The notes: a model not told the origin generated them from the sequence alone. 64,000 nucleotides of DNA from an uncultured Planctomycetia bacterium (GCA_964527555.1 CAZGOG010000005.1:5863-69862); one strand, 5' to 3'. Positions 19,569 to 29,474 are shown, counted from the first letter of the stretch. Numbers and translations are program-made.

Positions 19569-19825
19569 TTCAATCAAAGTTACGCATATTTTAAAACGTT
19601 TTTCCGGACGTTTTAAAATAATGCTGTTTTGTTCTTTGCAACTTGCATGTACCGCCGAGACGATTTCGATTCTGGCAAAGAAAGGGGGGAGGAAATAAGA
19701 GAATTTTTTCACATGCCGGAAGTTGTCAATTATTTGAGGCGATACTTATATAGACAAATAAGGGCAGAAAAAACTGCTCGTTTAAATAACGATTTACAAG
19801 CAATAGTTACCTTTAAGGAGGTAAA

Positions 19826-21337
19826 ATGAAGTTGTTAAAAGTATTGTGCGTTGTGGCGCTGGTATTCGCAGTTTCTGCGATAGCATACGCCGAAACGCAG
19901 AGCGTGAAGGTAAGCGGTGATATCACAATGCGCGCCTTCGCAAGACAGAACTATGATTTGGTGGATCAGGACGTTGAGTTCGATCCATTGGGAATTGGCG
20001 GACTTGGCGAGCGTTCAACTGACTGGGCGACTTTTCTGCAGAGTACAGCAGAAGTCCAGGTTGACGCAGACCTTACCGACAATGTCTCTGGTGTTATCAG
20101 ACTCGTAAACCAGAGAGTTTGGGGCGATGACCTGTATACGAACGAAGTTACCGGTGAGATACAGCAGATGACCCCGAACGGGATGATGTACTTTGACGGT
20201 GCCGGTCTAACTGGTGGAGTACCCTTTAAGACCACCAACCCGATCACTGAGAACGCTTTCAGTGTTCAGCTTGACCTGGCATATATCGAACTGAAAGAGT
20301 TCCTGTATTCTCCTTTGACACTCAGGATAGGTCGTCAGGACCTTTGGTTTGGTAGAGGATTCATCATCGGCGCCAACATGCAGGATCCGGGTTGGAACCT
20401 GTATGCAATGGAATACACAGCGATCAGATCTTTTGATGCCGTTCGCGCAACATTGGATTATGATCCCTGGACGATCGATGCAGTATTCGCAAAGATCAGT
20501 GAAAACGCGATGGAAGCCGACGATGATATAAACCTCTGGGGTGTTAACGTAGGTTACGTTTTCGATTCTTACAACGGTGAAGTGGAAGCTTACTGGTGGT
20601 TCAAGCAGTCCAGGAACCCGGGCCCGGCAACACTGCTCGGCATACTGGGTACAGATATGACCAGCTTTACGAACTCAAACGTTCTTGACAACAGCGTTCA
20701 TGTACTTGGTGGTCGCGGTAGCTTCGATCCGATCGAAGACGTTACAGTCGCTCTTGAAGGTGCCTATCAGACAGGTGCGTACATGATACCGAACCAGACG
20801 AACAAAAGAACCAGGAATGCATGGGCATTGGATGCTATGATCGAATTTCGTACTTTCCAGGACAGTATGGCTTGGAGGCCTGTTTTAGGTTTTGAGTATA
20901 TTTTCTACTCAGGCGAAAAGGATCTTGGCAATCAGACTGTTGCTTCAACTGGTGATTACGAAGGTTGGGACCCGATGTTCAGAGGCAAGTTTGACACTGC
21001 CATCAGAGAGTTCCAGAACGTATATTACACAACAGCTCAGGCATCTACACCGTCCTTCACTAACCAGCATCAGGTGCTGGTAAGAGGTACTGTAGAGCCG
21101 ACAGACAGCCTTACATTCGATGCAGTATATGCACATTTCTGGCTTGCTGAAGATTTCATCACGACTAACACCAAGAGAAACATTGGTGACGAAGTTGATC
21201 TTCAGCTGACATGGGATTACACGGAAGACGTATCATTTGGTCTTTTGGCCGCATGGTTCATTCCGGGTACTTTCTTCCAGAACCAGCAGGACGATGTCGC
21301 TACCGATATCGTTGCTACTGCAAAACTTAGCTTCTAA
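19826..21337 (+). CDS. Outer-membrane beta-barrel protein (porin/alginate-export-like)
   Basis: Signal peptide 'AIAYA|ET', alternating amphipathic strands and a C-terminal '...KLSF' Phe typical of outer-membrane proteins. Confidence 0.6.
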   Translation: MKLLKVLCVVALVFAVSAIAYAETQSVKVSGDITMRAFARQNYDLVDQDVEFDPLGIGGLGERSTDWATFLQSTAEVQVDADLTDNVSGVIRLVNQRVWGDDLYTNEVTGEIQQMTPNGMMYFDGAGLTGGVPFKTTNPITENAFSVQLDLAYIELKEFLYSPLTLRIGRQDLWFGRGFIIGANMQDPGWNLYAMEYTAIRSFDAVRATLDYDPWTIDAVFAKISENAMEADDDINLWGVNVGYVFDSYNGEVEAYWWFKQSRNPGPATLLGILGTDMTSFTNSNVLDNSVHVLGGRGSFDPIEDVTVALEGAYQTGAYMIPNQTNKRTRNAWALDAMIEFRTFQDSMAWRPVLGFEYIFYSGEKDLGNQTVASTGDYEGWDPMFRGKFDTAIREFQNVYYTTAQASTPSFTNQHQVLVRGTVEPTDSLTFDAVYAHFWLAEDFITTNTKRNIGDEVDLQLTWDYTEDVSFGLLAAWFIPGTFFQNQQDDVATDIVATAKLSF

Positions 21338-21357
21338 GTTTATTTAAACTTGGAAAG

Positions 21358-21398
21358 CAAAAAACCCCGGTTTGCTTTAAAGCGAACCGGGGTTTTTA
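21358..21398 (+). terminator. Rho-independent terminator
   Basis: 'AAAACCCCGGTT...AACCGGGGTTTTT' GC-rich stem with a T tract. Confidence 0.8.
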
Positions 21399-21511
21399 TA
21401 TCCCCCCGAGAATAAAGCCCACAGTAAGTCTTTTGTTGACTTTCAGCGCATAAAGATTAGAATATAATCTAATAATAGTGATATTTATACACTACCACTA
21501 AAAAGGAGGGT

Positions 21512-21871
21512 ATGATGCAGCAGGATGCTCAAAAAAAATCACCCGAGAAAAAGAAGGCGCCCGGCGCCTCAGATTCCGGAGAAATGGTATACGCGGTGCT
21601 TGCATATCTATGGATTCTCTGCCTTGTTCCGATCCTCATGAAAAAAGAGGACGAATTTGTAAAATTCCATACACGTCAGGGGCTTATGCTTTTTATTGTT
21701 GAAGTGGCGTTCGGGATAATAGCCATCGTGCCGATACTCGGAGCGGTTACCTATATACTCGGGATTCTTATCTGCGGGATTCTTTCCCTTATAGGCATTG
21801 TTCAGGTGTTGATGGGCAATAAGTGGAAGATGCCCCTTATCGGTGAATGGGCCGAGAAAATAAAGATATAG
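21512..21871 (+). CDS. Small membrane protein (DUF4870-like)
   Basis: 'FVKFHTRQG' motif and TM helices. Confidence 0.45.
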   Translation: MMQQDAQKKSPEKKKAPGASDSGEMVYAVLAYLWILCLVPILMKKEDEFVKFHTRQGLMLFIVEVAFGIIAIVPILGAVTYILGILICGILSLIGIVQVLMGNKWKMPLIGEWAEKIKI

Positions 21872-21886
21872 TGAAAGGCTGTTTGC

Positions 21887-22897
21887 GTGAGGCGACAGAG
21901 ACAGATAAAAAAAATTACAATTATTTTTCTGGTCGCCGCTATTTGTATAATCAGCTTTAAAGTTTGTGTTTTTTACAAACAGCGGAGAGTGCCGCCGGCC
22001 GTTGAGGGTGGAGGAGCTCTCGAAGTAGTAAAAAGCTTTTCATTTTCTTCCGGTCAAGATTTGAAAGAATGGGATGAAAAGGTGCTTTCACGCAACGGTA
22101 CCGATTATCAAATAGCAGCGCTTGAGGGAGAAAACAAGGTAAGGGCCGTGAGCGAAGATTCAGCCTCGGCACTTTATTATAAACAGAGGCTTTTTTATAA
22201 GAAAAGTCCGTTTCTCAGCTGGGACTGGAAAGCGGAGAAGTTTCCTCTGCGCAGAGAGAAAGAAGTTCTGGATAAAAAAAGCGAATTTGATTTTGTCGCA
22301 CAGGTATATGTGGTGTTTCATTCGCAGTTTATTCTTCATGCTAAAGCTATCCAGTATGTCTGGACAGAAAGTATACCTAAAGGAACTATTGCGGCGAGCC
22401 CCTACACGAAAAACGTGAAGGTCATGGTGCTGGAATCCGGAGAGTCAGCAGAGTGGAGGCATGAACTGAGAAATATAAGGGAAGACTTTCTGCATCTTTT
22501 CGGAGAGGAACTGACAAGGGATATTGATGCCATAGCGTTTATGACGGATTCAGATAGCACCAATTCTAGCGCTATAGCGTACTACGATAATATCGAAATA
22601 GGGTACATAGAAAAACCCCAAGAGTACTTGCCTGAAAAAGTTCCAGAGAAAGAAGGGGAAGAGCCGGCGAAACCCGTAGAAGAGGTCAAAGAAGAACCAG
22701 CGCCGGGGCCTGAACCAGAAAGACCCGTAGAAGCCAAGGAAGCGGCAGCTTCGGCGGAACCAGTAGAAGAAGTGACAGAAGCGGTAGAGCCGGAGAAACC
22801 CGTAGAAGAAGCGATACCAGAGCCGGAGAAACCCGTAGAAGAGAATAAGACTGAAGTTGTAGAGGAAGAAAAGGCCGAGGCTGTGCAAGTCGAATAA
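21887..22897 (+). CDS. Membrane-anchored hypothetical protein with a C-terminal Pro/Glu-rich repeat tail
   Basis: N-terminal TM helix, globular domain, then repeats '(P)EKPVEE(x)'. Confidence 0.5.
   Translation: MRRQRQIKKITIIFLVAAICIISFKVCVFYKQRRVPPAVEGGGALEVVKSFSFSSGQDLKEWDEKVLSRNGTDYQIAALEGENKVRAVSEDSASALYYKQRLFYKKSPFLSWDWKAEKFPLRREKEVLDKKSEFDFVAQVYVVFHSQFILHAKAIQYVWTESIPKGTIAASPYTKNVKVMVLESGESAEWRHELRNIREDFLHLFGEELTRDIDAIAFMTDSDSTNSSAIAYYDNIEIGYIEKPQEYLPEKVPEKEGEEPAKPVEEVKEEPAPGPEPERPVEAKEAAASAEPVEEVTEAVEPEKPVEEAIPEPEKPVEENKTEVVEEEKAEAVQVE
22650..22880 (+). repeat. Imperfect tandem nucleotide repeats encoding a PEKPVEE low-complexity tail
   Basis: Units such as 'GAGCCGGAGAAACCCGTAGAAGA' recur at 22789 and 22821. 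Confidence 0.6.
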
Positions 22898-22997
22898 AGA
22901 CTTAGATTAAAGCTAAAGACTGTAATGAAAGGAGGCCGTCATTAAATATTTAAACAGGTCACTACAATCACGATATCTCGTTATTCTTATTCTTTCG

Positions 22998-23357
22998 ATG
23001 ATAATACCAACGGTGGTTGTCGGAGGTTGTTTATATTATCTTGTTATTACTATTATGGCGGAGCAGATCGCTCTTCCGGATGTCATAGCAAGAGATCTGT
23101 TGCCGGTTATACAGAGGATAAATGTTATCCTTATAATAGCGCTACCGGCTGTATTTATTATTCTTTTGACATGGGCTATTATACTGTCTTACAGGTTTAT
23201 CGGGCCCCTGGAACGGCTGGAAGAAGATATAAAAAGCATCGATGACGGGGATTACAGTGTGAGGCTCCAGATCAATAAAGATCACGACCTTAGCCCGATC
23301 GCGGATGTAATAAATGATCTGGTCGAGAAGCTCGAGAAAGTGGATAAACGGGTATAA
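22998..23357 (+). CDS. Small membrane protein with a HAMP-like domain
   Basis: Two TM helices followed by 'FIGPLERLEEDIKSI...' HAMP-like helices. Confidence 0.4.
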   Translation: MIIPTVVVGGCLYYLVITIMAEQIALPDVIARDLLPVIQRINVILIIALPAVFIILLTWAIILSYRFIGPLERLEEDIKSIDDGDYSVRLQINKDHDLSPIADVINDLVEKLEKVDKRV

Positions 23358-23360
23358 ACA

Positions 23361-24152
23361 ATGATACACAAAACGGCTATAATTGATAAATCTGCCGAAA
23401 TAGACCCCTCTGTCGATATAGGCCCCGGAGTTATTATTGAAAAAGATGTCCGCATCCACTCTAACGTGAGGGTAATGGCCAATGTCTATATTTACAAAGA
23501 TACCGAGATCGGAGAGGGAACCTGTATTCATCCGGGAACTGTCATAGGCGATGCGCCGCAGGATTATGCGTATAAAGGCGAAAAGACTTTTACTAAGATC
23601 GGAAAAAATAATATTGTACGGGAGTACGTTACCATTCATCGCGGCACGAAAGAAGGGTCAGCGACCGTTATAGGGGACAGTAATTTTCTGATGGTCCAGT
23701 CCCATCTGGGGCACAACTGCGTGACTGAAGACAATGTTATTATAGCAAACGGTGCGCTGTTGGCCGGGTATGTGCATGTTGAAAAAGGCGCTTTTATCTC
23801 CGGGAATGTGGTTTTTCACCAGTTTTGTCGCGTGGGACGGCATGCGATGATAGGCGGCTTTACAGGGGTCAATAAAGATGTCCCCCCGTATATGGTGGTA
23901 AGGGGGCCGTCGGTGATCAGAGGGATCAACCTTGTGGGCTTGAGGAGAGCGGGCTTTAGCCGGGACGTGATAAGAGAGGTAAAAGAGGTATATAAGATAA
24001 TGTTTCTGTCGGGTGCAACCAGCAGGGAAGCGCTTGAGAAAATAAAAGGTTCTTTTAAGTCGGAGGAGATCGGTCATTTTGTTTCATTTGTAGAGGGGTC
24101 TAAACGGGGGATATGCAAGATCCGTTTTAATAAAGAAGAGTATTTTGATTGA
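23361..24152 (+). CDS. lpxA: UDP-N-acetylglucosamine acyltransferase
   Basis: 263 aa with left-handed beta-helix hexapeptide repeats and an LpxA C-terminal helical domain. Confidence 0.8.
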   Translation: MIHKTAIIDKSAEIDPSVDIGPGVIIEKDVRIHSNVRVMANVYIYKDTEIGEGTCIHPGTVIGDAPQDYAYKGEKTFTKIGKNNIVREYVTIHRGTKEGSATVIGDSNFLMVQSHLGHNCVTEDNVIIANGALLAGYVHVEKGAFISGNVVFHQFCRVGRHAMIGGFTGVNKDVPPYMVVRGPSVIRGINLVGLRRAGFSRDVIREVKEVYKIMFLSGATSREALEKIKGSFKSEEIGHFVSFVEGSKRGICKIRFNKEEYFD

Positions 24153-24186
24153 TCCGGGGTTTAAAACAGAAAAGGGGGTACGGGTA

Positions 24187-24519
24187 ATGAAGAAGGGTGA
24201 TTTGAACAAGCTGTTTAAAAAATATGAGCCTGTTGTGAAAAAAACCGGCGAACAACTGGCGAAAGCGGTAAAAACCGCCGAAAAAGATATAGCCAAGATG
24301 TACAAGGTGGCGCAGACTCATGTAGAGATACAGATGAAGAATCTGCAGAGGGAAAAGATTTATCACCAGATCGGCAAAGACGTCGCTAAAAAACTTCTCA
24401 AAGGAGAAATTGACCTGCCGGTCTTTGAGAAACATAAAAAACAATTAACGAAAATCGAGATGGAAGAGACTAAGATGAAAAAGCGTCTTTCAAGGGGAAA
24501 GAGATCAAAGAAGAAGTAA
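24187..24519 (+). CDS. Lys-rich hypothetical protein
   Basis: ORF only; predicted charged and helical. Confidence 0.35.
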   Translation: MKKGDLNKLFKKYEPVVKKTGEQLAKAVKTAEKDIAKMYKVAQTHVEIQMKNLQREKIYHQIGKDVAKKLLKGEIDLPVFEKHKKQLTKIEMEETKMKKRLSRGKRSKKK

Positions 24520-24564
24520 CGTTAACGAAACGGAATGTTTAAACGAATACTAAAGGAGGATGAA

Positions 24565-25572
24565 ATGTTGAAGAAAACAGTCTTATTATTGCTTGCGGTT
24601 ATATTGTTTATTGCCAGCCAGGCGGCATATGCGGAGAACACCAAGGCAAAAAGCCTGGTTTCGGATCTTTATGACCGAAGAAAAATGATGGATGCGCAAA
24701 GAAGGCTTTCAAATTACGGCCCGGAAGTCGCGGAATACTTGGCGCCTGTTCTTCAAGACAGCAGCCATGATACGGTACGAGTTGCAGCGTTGCGTATTAT
24801 AGCTGACGTAAACGGTACCTCGGCGGAAAACGAGGTCATTGCGGTTTTAAACGATAAAAACCACAGGGTAAGGCAGGAAGCAGCCAGGACGCTGAGTATA
24901 ATAGGCACTAGCCAGGCCGCCGTGGAACCATTGAAAGGTCTTTTAAACGATTATTATCCGAATGTCAGGTATAATGCGATAAAGGCCCTGGCAAAATTGG
25001 CTCCTAAAGATGAGACGGACCTGTTCATAAAAGCTCTTGGTGACTATGACGCAAGAGTACGTAAATTTGCGGTTATTGGCCTTGGTGAGTTAAAAAATCC
25101 AAAAGCTGTGCCCGCTCTTGCTCAACTTGCCAGAGATCCTGACGGAGGCGTCCGCTATGAACTTGCTAAAACCCTGGCAAGTATCGGTACGCCTGATTGT
25201 GTCGGGCCCATGACAATGCTTCTCGGGGATCCGGAGCAGAAGATCAGGTTACTGGCGGCCCAGGAACTTGGTAAGATCAAAGCAAGCTCTGCCGACGATT
25301 CCTTAGCTATGGCAGCGGACAGCCCGGATGCAAAACTTGCCAGCCAGGCCATTACCGCGCTTGGGGACAGGAAAAGCCCCAAAGCACTTGAGGTTGCCAG
25401 AAATCACCTCTCCAGCGAATACATGGCTGTTAAAATCGCATCTATAGAAGTCATAGGTAAAATGGGGTCCAGTAGCGATAAAGCTCTTTTAGAGCCGCTT
25501 ATGGAAGCAGAGTCTACCAGCGTCAGAATGGAAGCTAGAAAAGCATTGTCGGCATTAGAAAGCAGGTCATGA
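24565..25572 (+). CDS. Secreted HEAT-repeat (PBS-lyase-like) protein
   Basis: Signal peptide and repeated 'VR..A...LG.IG' HEAT-like units. Confidence 0.55.
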   Translation: MLKKTVLLLLAVILFIASQAAYAENTKAKSLVSDLYDRRKMMDAQRRLSNYGPEVAEYLAPVLQDSSHDTVRVAALRIIADVNGTSAENEVIAVLNDKNHRVRQEAARTLSIIGTSQAAVEPLKGLLNDYYPNVRYNAIKALAKLAPKDETDLFIKALGDYDARVRKFAVIGLGELKNPKAVPALAQLARDPDGGVRYELAKTLASIGTPDCVGPMTMLLGDPEQKIRLLAAQELGKIKASSADDSLAMAADSPDAKLASQAITALGDRKSPKALEVARNHLSSEYMAVKIASIEVIGKMGSSSDKALLEPLMEAESTSVRMEARKALSALESRS

Positions 25573-26687
25573 GCTCGGGATACACTCCGGCAAGGGCAAA
25601 AAAGTATTCTGCGATAAAGACGCGAATTTTCATAATAGACATCATTTTGACGGTTCTGGCGATTATGGTGTTTCAGGTGTTTTTCGCGCGGCCTCTTTCG
25701 CATCTTACCGGGAACATTCACGCTAATTTCTATATCGGGTGTTTTCTTTTCGCTTCTTTATTTCTATTTTTCATGTATGCGGTGGCCTTCCCGCTTCACT
25801 TCGCAAGTTCTTTTGTCTTGGAGAGGCGTTTTGCTTTATCGAGGCAGTCACTGGCAGCCTGGCTGGGAGATGAAGCTAAATCTTTGCTGCTGTCGTTTAT
25901 CCTCTCTACGGCAGCCATTCTTCTCTTTTATCTTGTCTTGCGGAATTTTCCCGCCGTATGGTGGGTGATTACAGCGGCAATATGGATATTTTTCTCGATT
26001 GTACTGGCACGCTTTTTACCGGTTCTTATTATCCCCCTCTTTTATAAGTATCTTCCCATAGAAGACGATACCCTTAAAGAACGGATAATGCTTTTGGCTG
26101 AAAAAACAAAAATTCATCTTATGGATGTATGCCAGATTGATTTCAGCCGGAAAACCGCCAAGGCGAATGCCGCACTTGTAGGTCTGGGGAAAACCCGTAA
26201 AGTCATTCTGGCTGATACTCTGGTTAAGGGGTTTAGCCCGGATGAGGTTGAAGCGGTTGTGGCCCATGAATTTGCGCATTTCAAATATAAGCACATGTGG
26301 CAGCTTTTGGCTTTTTCAGCCGCTATAACTTTAACGGGATTTTTCATTCTTTCTTTAGCGGCGGGCAAAATCGTAGATTTAAGCGGGGCAAAGGGCCTTA
26401 CTGATATGTACCTTCTCCCGGCATTGGTGCTGCTTATGGTTTTTTTCGGAATCGCGCTATTGCCTCTGCAAAATTTCTTTTCACGCGTTCTGGAGCGCCA
26501 GGCGGATAGATCCGCCGTAACGCTCACGGCTAAAAAAGAGGCTTTTATCTCCGTGATGCGGAAATTGGCGGAGATGAATCTGGCGGATGTTTCGCCCTCA
26601 CCCCTGAAGAAGATCTTTCTCTATGACCATCCTCCTGTCGAAGAGAGGATAAATATGGCGGAGAACATGAAGCGTGGTACTGGGTGA
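25569..26687 (+). CDS. M48 family zinc metalloprotease (Ste24/HtpX-like)
   Basis: Multi-TM N-terminus and 'HEFAHFKYKH' HExxH motif. Confidence 0.75.
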   Translation: MSSGYTPARAKKYSAIKTRIFIIDIILTVLAIMVFQVFFARPLSHLTGNIHANFYIGCFLFASLFLFFMYAVAFPLHFASSFVLERRFALSRQSLAAWLGDEAKSLLLSFILSTAAILLFYLVLRNFPAVWWVITAAIWIFFSIVLARFLPVLIIPLFYKYLPIEDDTLKERIMLLAEKTKIHLMDVCQIDFSRKTAKANAALVGLGKTRKVILADTLVKGFSPDEVEAVVAHEFAHFKYKHMWQLLAFSAAITLTGFFILSLAAGKIVDLSGAKGLTDMYLLPALVLLMVFFGIALLPLQNFFSRVLERQADRSAVTLTAKKEAFISVMRKLAEMNLADVSPSPLKKIFLYDHPPVEERINMAENMKRGTG

Positions 26688-27343
26688 TGGGAATGACGGA
26701 TAAAAAGAAAAAGATCAAGAAGATATACGTTCTCCTGGAGAAATATTTTGGGGATCTTAAATGGTGGCCGGCAGAGTCAAGTTTCGAAGTGATAGTCGGG
26801 GCCATACTTACGCAAAATACTGCCTGGGGGAATGTTGAGAAGGCGATAGCGAACTTAAGACAGAAAAAAGTTCTAGCCCCCGGCAGGATAGCGACCATGA
26901 AACCGGCGAAACTGTCGCAGCTCATAAGGTCTTCCGGGTATCACCGCGTTAAGGCGCAGAGATTACGAGAGGTAAGTCGGTTTATCTTGAGGGAGTGTAA
27001 AGGAAAACTGTCCAGGTTGAAGAAGCAAGATGCCGCAGGTCTTCGGGGAAAACTTCTTCAAGTCAAGGGAATCGGGCCGGAGACGGCAGATTCTATTCTT
27101 ATTTATGCGCTGGATAAGCCGACATTTGTGGTAGATGCTTATACCAAGCGCATATTCGCCCGTCACACTCTAGTGGGGGAAGATGCGTCTTATGATGAGA
27201 TCCAGTCACTCGTCCACAGCTTTTTTACCATGGACAAAAAGGCATTAAATCAGTATCATGCGCTTTTAGTCGAGGCAGGAAAACATTTCTGCAAAAAACG
27301 CACTCCGCTGTGCGAAGACTGTCCGCTTAAAGTGTTGTTATAA
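26684..27343 (+). CDS. HhH-GPD base-excision DNA glycosylase (endonuclease III-like)
   Basis: 'ILTQNTAW' and HhH 'GIGPETAD' motifs, with a C-terminal Cys cluster. Confidence 0.7.
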   Translation: MMGMTDKKKKIKKIYVLLEKYFGDLKWWPAESSFEVIVGAILTQNTAWGNVEKAIANLRQKKVLAPGRIATMKPAKLSQLIRSSGYHRVKAQRLREVSRFILRECKGKLSRLKKQDAAGLRGKLLQVKGIGPETADSILIYALDKPTFVVDAYTKRIFARHTLVGEDASYDEIQSLVHSFFTMDKKALNQYHALLVEAGKHFCKKRTPLCEDCPLKVLL

Positions 27344-27354
27344 GAGGAGGATAG

Positions 27355-28131
27355 ATGGAAGATTTGGATAAAATAAAGAAAGTCGCCGAGGAAATGGCGA
27401 GGGAAGCCGGAGAGTACGCTATAAAACACATAGATAAAGTAGCTCAAGTTTCCCACAAGGGAGGATACAATAATCTCGTCACGGATGTCGACAAAAAATG
27501 TGAAAGCGTAATCATAAACCGGATAAACAAGGAATTTCCAAGTCACTCGATACTCGCCGAAGAGAGCGGAGATCATGCCTCTAAAAGCAGCGTTAAGTGG
27601 TTTGTCGATCCGCTTGACGGGACGACAAACTATGCGCACGCCTTTCCGGTTTTTTGTACTTCAATAGGCGTGGCTTTTGATTCCATCGTTAAAGTGGGAA
27701 TTGTATATGATCCATCCCGAGACGAACTTTTTGCCGCCGAAGATGGGAAAGGGGCTTTTTTAAACGGCAAGAGAATTAGTGTTTCCGGTATAAAGACGGT
27801 TAATGACTCACTTATGGCAACGGGATTTGCTTATGATCTTAAGGGGAAAGTCGCAAATATTGATGCTTTTAAAGTAATGCTCGAAAATGCCCAGGCTGTC
27901 AGGCGGGCGGGCTCGGCTGCAATTGACCTTTGTTATGTGGCATGTGGCCGTTTTGACGGATTCTGGGAATTAGGGCTTAATCCCTGGGACACCGCCGCAG
28001 GTCAACTGATAGTGAAGGAATCAGGAGGGGTTGTAACCACAATCGAGAACGGGCCTTTTGATGTGTATAAAAAAGACATTCTGGCCACAAATGGCAAGAT
28101 ACATGAACAAATATTGCGCCTGATGAAATAG
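27355..28131 (+). CDS. suhB: Inositol monophosphatase family protein
   Basis: 'WFVDPLDGTTNY' metal-binding motif. Confidence 0.8.
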   Translation: MEDLDKIKKVAEEMAREAGEYAIKHIDKVAQVSHKGGYNNLVTDVDKKCESVIINRINKEFPSHSILAEESGDHASKSSVKWFVDPLDGTTNYAHAFPVFCTSIGVAFDSIVKVGIVYDPSRDELFAAEDGKGAFLNGKRISVSGIKTVNDSLMATGFAYDLKGKVANIDAFKVMLENAQAVRRAGSAAIDLCYVACGRFDGFWELGLNPWDTAAGQLIVKESGGVVTTIENGPFDVYKKDILATNGKIHEQILRLMK

Positions 28132-28270
28132 CATTTATCCGCGTTAACTCCGCAGCTTGCAAAAAATCTCACTTATTTTCAAAATAAAACCCATATTTTC
28201 TGAATTTTGTTAAAAAATTAAAATCTAGAAATCATACTGTGAATTAAATGTTAGTATATAAAAAAGCTAG

Positions 28271-28299
28271 TTGACATATGTAAGATAATGCGGTATACT
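28271..28299 (+). promoter_or_regulatory. Consensus sigma-70 promoter (TTGACA-N17-TATACT)
   Basis: Read directly from the sequence; about 50 nt upstream of the ATG at 28351. Confidence 0.6.
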
Positions 28300-28350
28300 C
28301 TATATTGTAAAATAATAAAAAGCAAGATATTTAATTTTAGGAGGGGAGAA

Positions 28351-28722
28351 ATGAAATATAGAACAATAATAGAACTCATATGCGAAGCATCGAGTAAAGA
28401 CGATGCGATAAACATCGCTGGCGACTATCTCAGCGGCGACGTTGAATTTGGTGTCCAGATGAAATGCCGCTCGGTGTCTCTCTGGGCGCACAAGATGAAA
28501 AAATACGCCGCATCCTGTGCCATTCTGTTTTTAGTTGTTTCCACGCTTTTTTTGAAAATTTCATCAATGGACGACACTGGCAAGATTTGCGTTTTGGCAA
28601 GCGGTAATTCTCATGGTGCCTATACGGTCGTACCTGCTTTAAAGACAAAGCATGAAGTTGATTTCAAAAAAGAGTGGGATGAGAAGACAGACGAAGTGGT
28701 GATGGATTTCCTTAAAGATTGA
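28351..28722 (+). CDS. Small single-TM protein, paralog 1 of a tandem pair
   Basis: RBS 'AGGAGGGG'. About 65% identical to the ORF at 28914. Confidence 0.55.
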   Translation: MKYRTIIELICEASSKDDAINIAGDYLSGDVEFGVQMKCRSVSLWAHKMKKYAASCAILFLVVSTLFLKISSMDDTGKICVLASGNSHGAYTVVPALKTKHEVDFKKEWDEKTDEVVMDFLKD

Positions 28723-28830
28723 CCGCGAACCGTGCGTTAAAACAGTCCTTTTGTTTTATGTACAGCCATCTGATATTCCCAAAACTTTCAACTGCAATCC
28801 AATATCAATGTTAGGGTTTCAAAAAGTTTG

Positions 28831-28859
28831 TTGACAGAATAAAAAGTTTAATGTAGAAT
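28831..28859 (+). promoter_or_regulatory. Sigma-70 promoter (TTGACA-N17-TAGAAT)
   Basis: Read directly from the sequence, upstream of paralog 2. Confidence 0.55.
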
Positions 28860-28913
28860 CAGACTTAATCGTAAAATATTTAAAAGGAAGAATGTATATC
28901 AGACGGAGGAAAT

Positions 28914-29285
28914 ATGAAATACCGAACAGTGATAGAACTAATATGTGAAGCATCGGACAGAGAAGAAGCGACTAACATCTCCGGTGAGTATCTAAGGGGA
29001 AACATTGACTTTGGTGTCGAGATGAGATGCCAGGCTGTGACTCTCCGGGCTCACAGGATGAAAAAGTATACGGCTTCCTGTGCCATTTTGCTCTTGGCTT
29101 TTTCCGCGCTTTTTCTGAAGATCCAGTCTGCTACTAGCGATGCGAAGATCCCTGCTTTGGCATCTGGCGATTATCAGGGTACATATACGGTGGTGCCCGC
29201 GCTAAAGACAAAGCACAAAGCGGACTTCAAAGAAGAGTGGGACGAGAAGAAAGACGAGACGGTGCTGAAATTTCTGAAAGATTAA
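28914..29285 (+). CDS. Small single-TM protein, paralog 2
   Basis: RBS 'GGAGG'. 'MKYRT(I/V)IELICEAS...' is conserved with paralog 1. Confidence 0.55.
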   Translation: MKYRTVIELICEASDREEATNISGEYLRGNIDFGVEMRCQAVTLRAHRMKKYTASCAILLLAFSALFLKIQSATSDAKIPALASGDYQGTYTVVPALKTKHKADFKEEWDEKKDETVLKFLKD

Positions 29286-29311
29286 AATCACAAAGATAAG
29301 AAGAATATGAA

Positions 29312-29345
29312 CGGGAGGAGAGAAGATCTCCTTCCGTTTTTTATT
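29312..29345 (+). terminator. Rho-independent terminator
   Basis: Stem 'GGAGGAGAGAAGATCTCCTTCC' followed by 'GTTTTTT'. Confidence 0.65.
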
Positions 29346-29391
29346 TCCGCCTTAAAGATTCGCAATTTTCAATGCAATAATACAAGGTTTT

Positions 29392-29420
29392 ATTTGGAAT
29401 TTCTTATTTAGTTATGTATA
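29392..29420 (+). promoter_or_regulatory. Putative promoter (TTGGAA-N17-TATACT)
   Basis: Hexamers read directly from the sequence, upstream of the REC-domain gene. Confidence 0.4.
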
Positions 29421-29474
29421 CTCGTATTAAATATAATTTAATAAGGAAAACTATAACGAATGGAGAGACGTGAT

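Noticed and set aside
19629-19829. A 66-aa ORF upstream of the outer-membrane protein gene
   Set aside because: It lies inside the likely long 5' UTR. It has no RBS, it overlaps the outer-membrane protein gene's start, and its composition is arbitrary.
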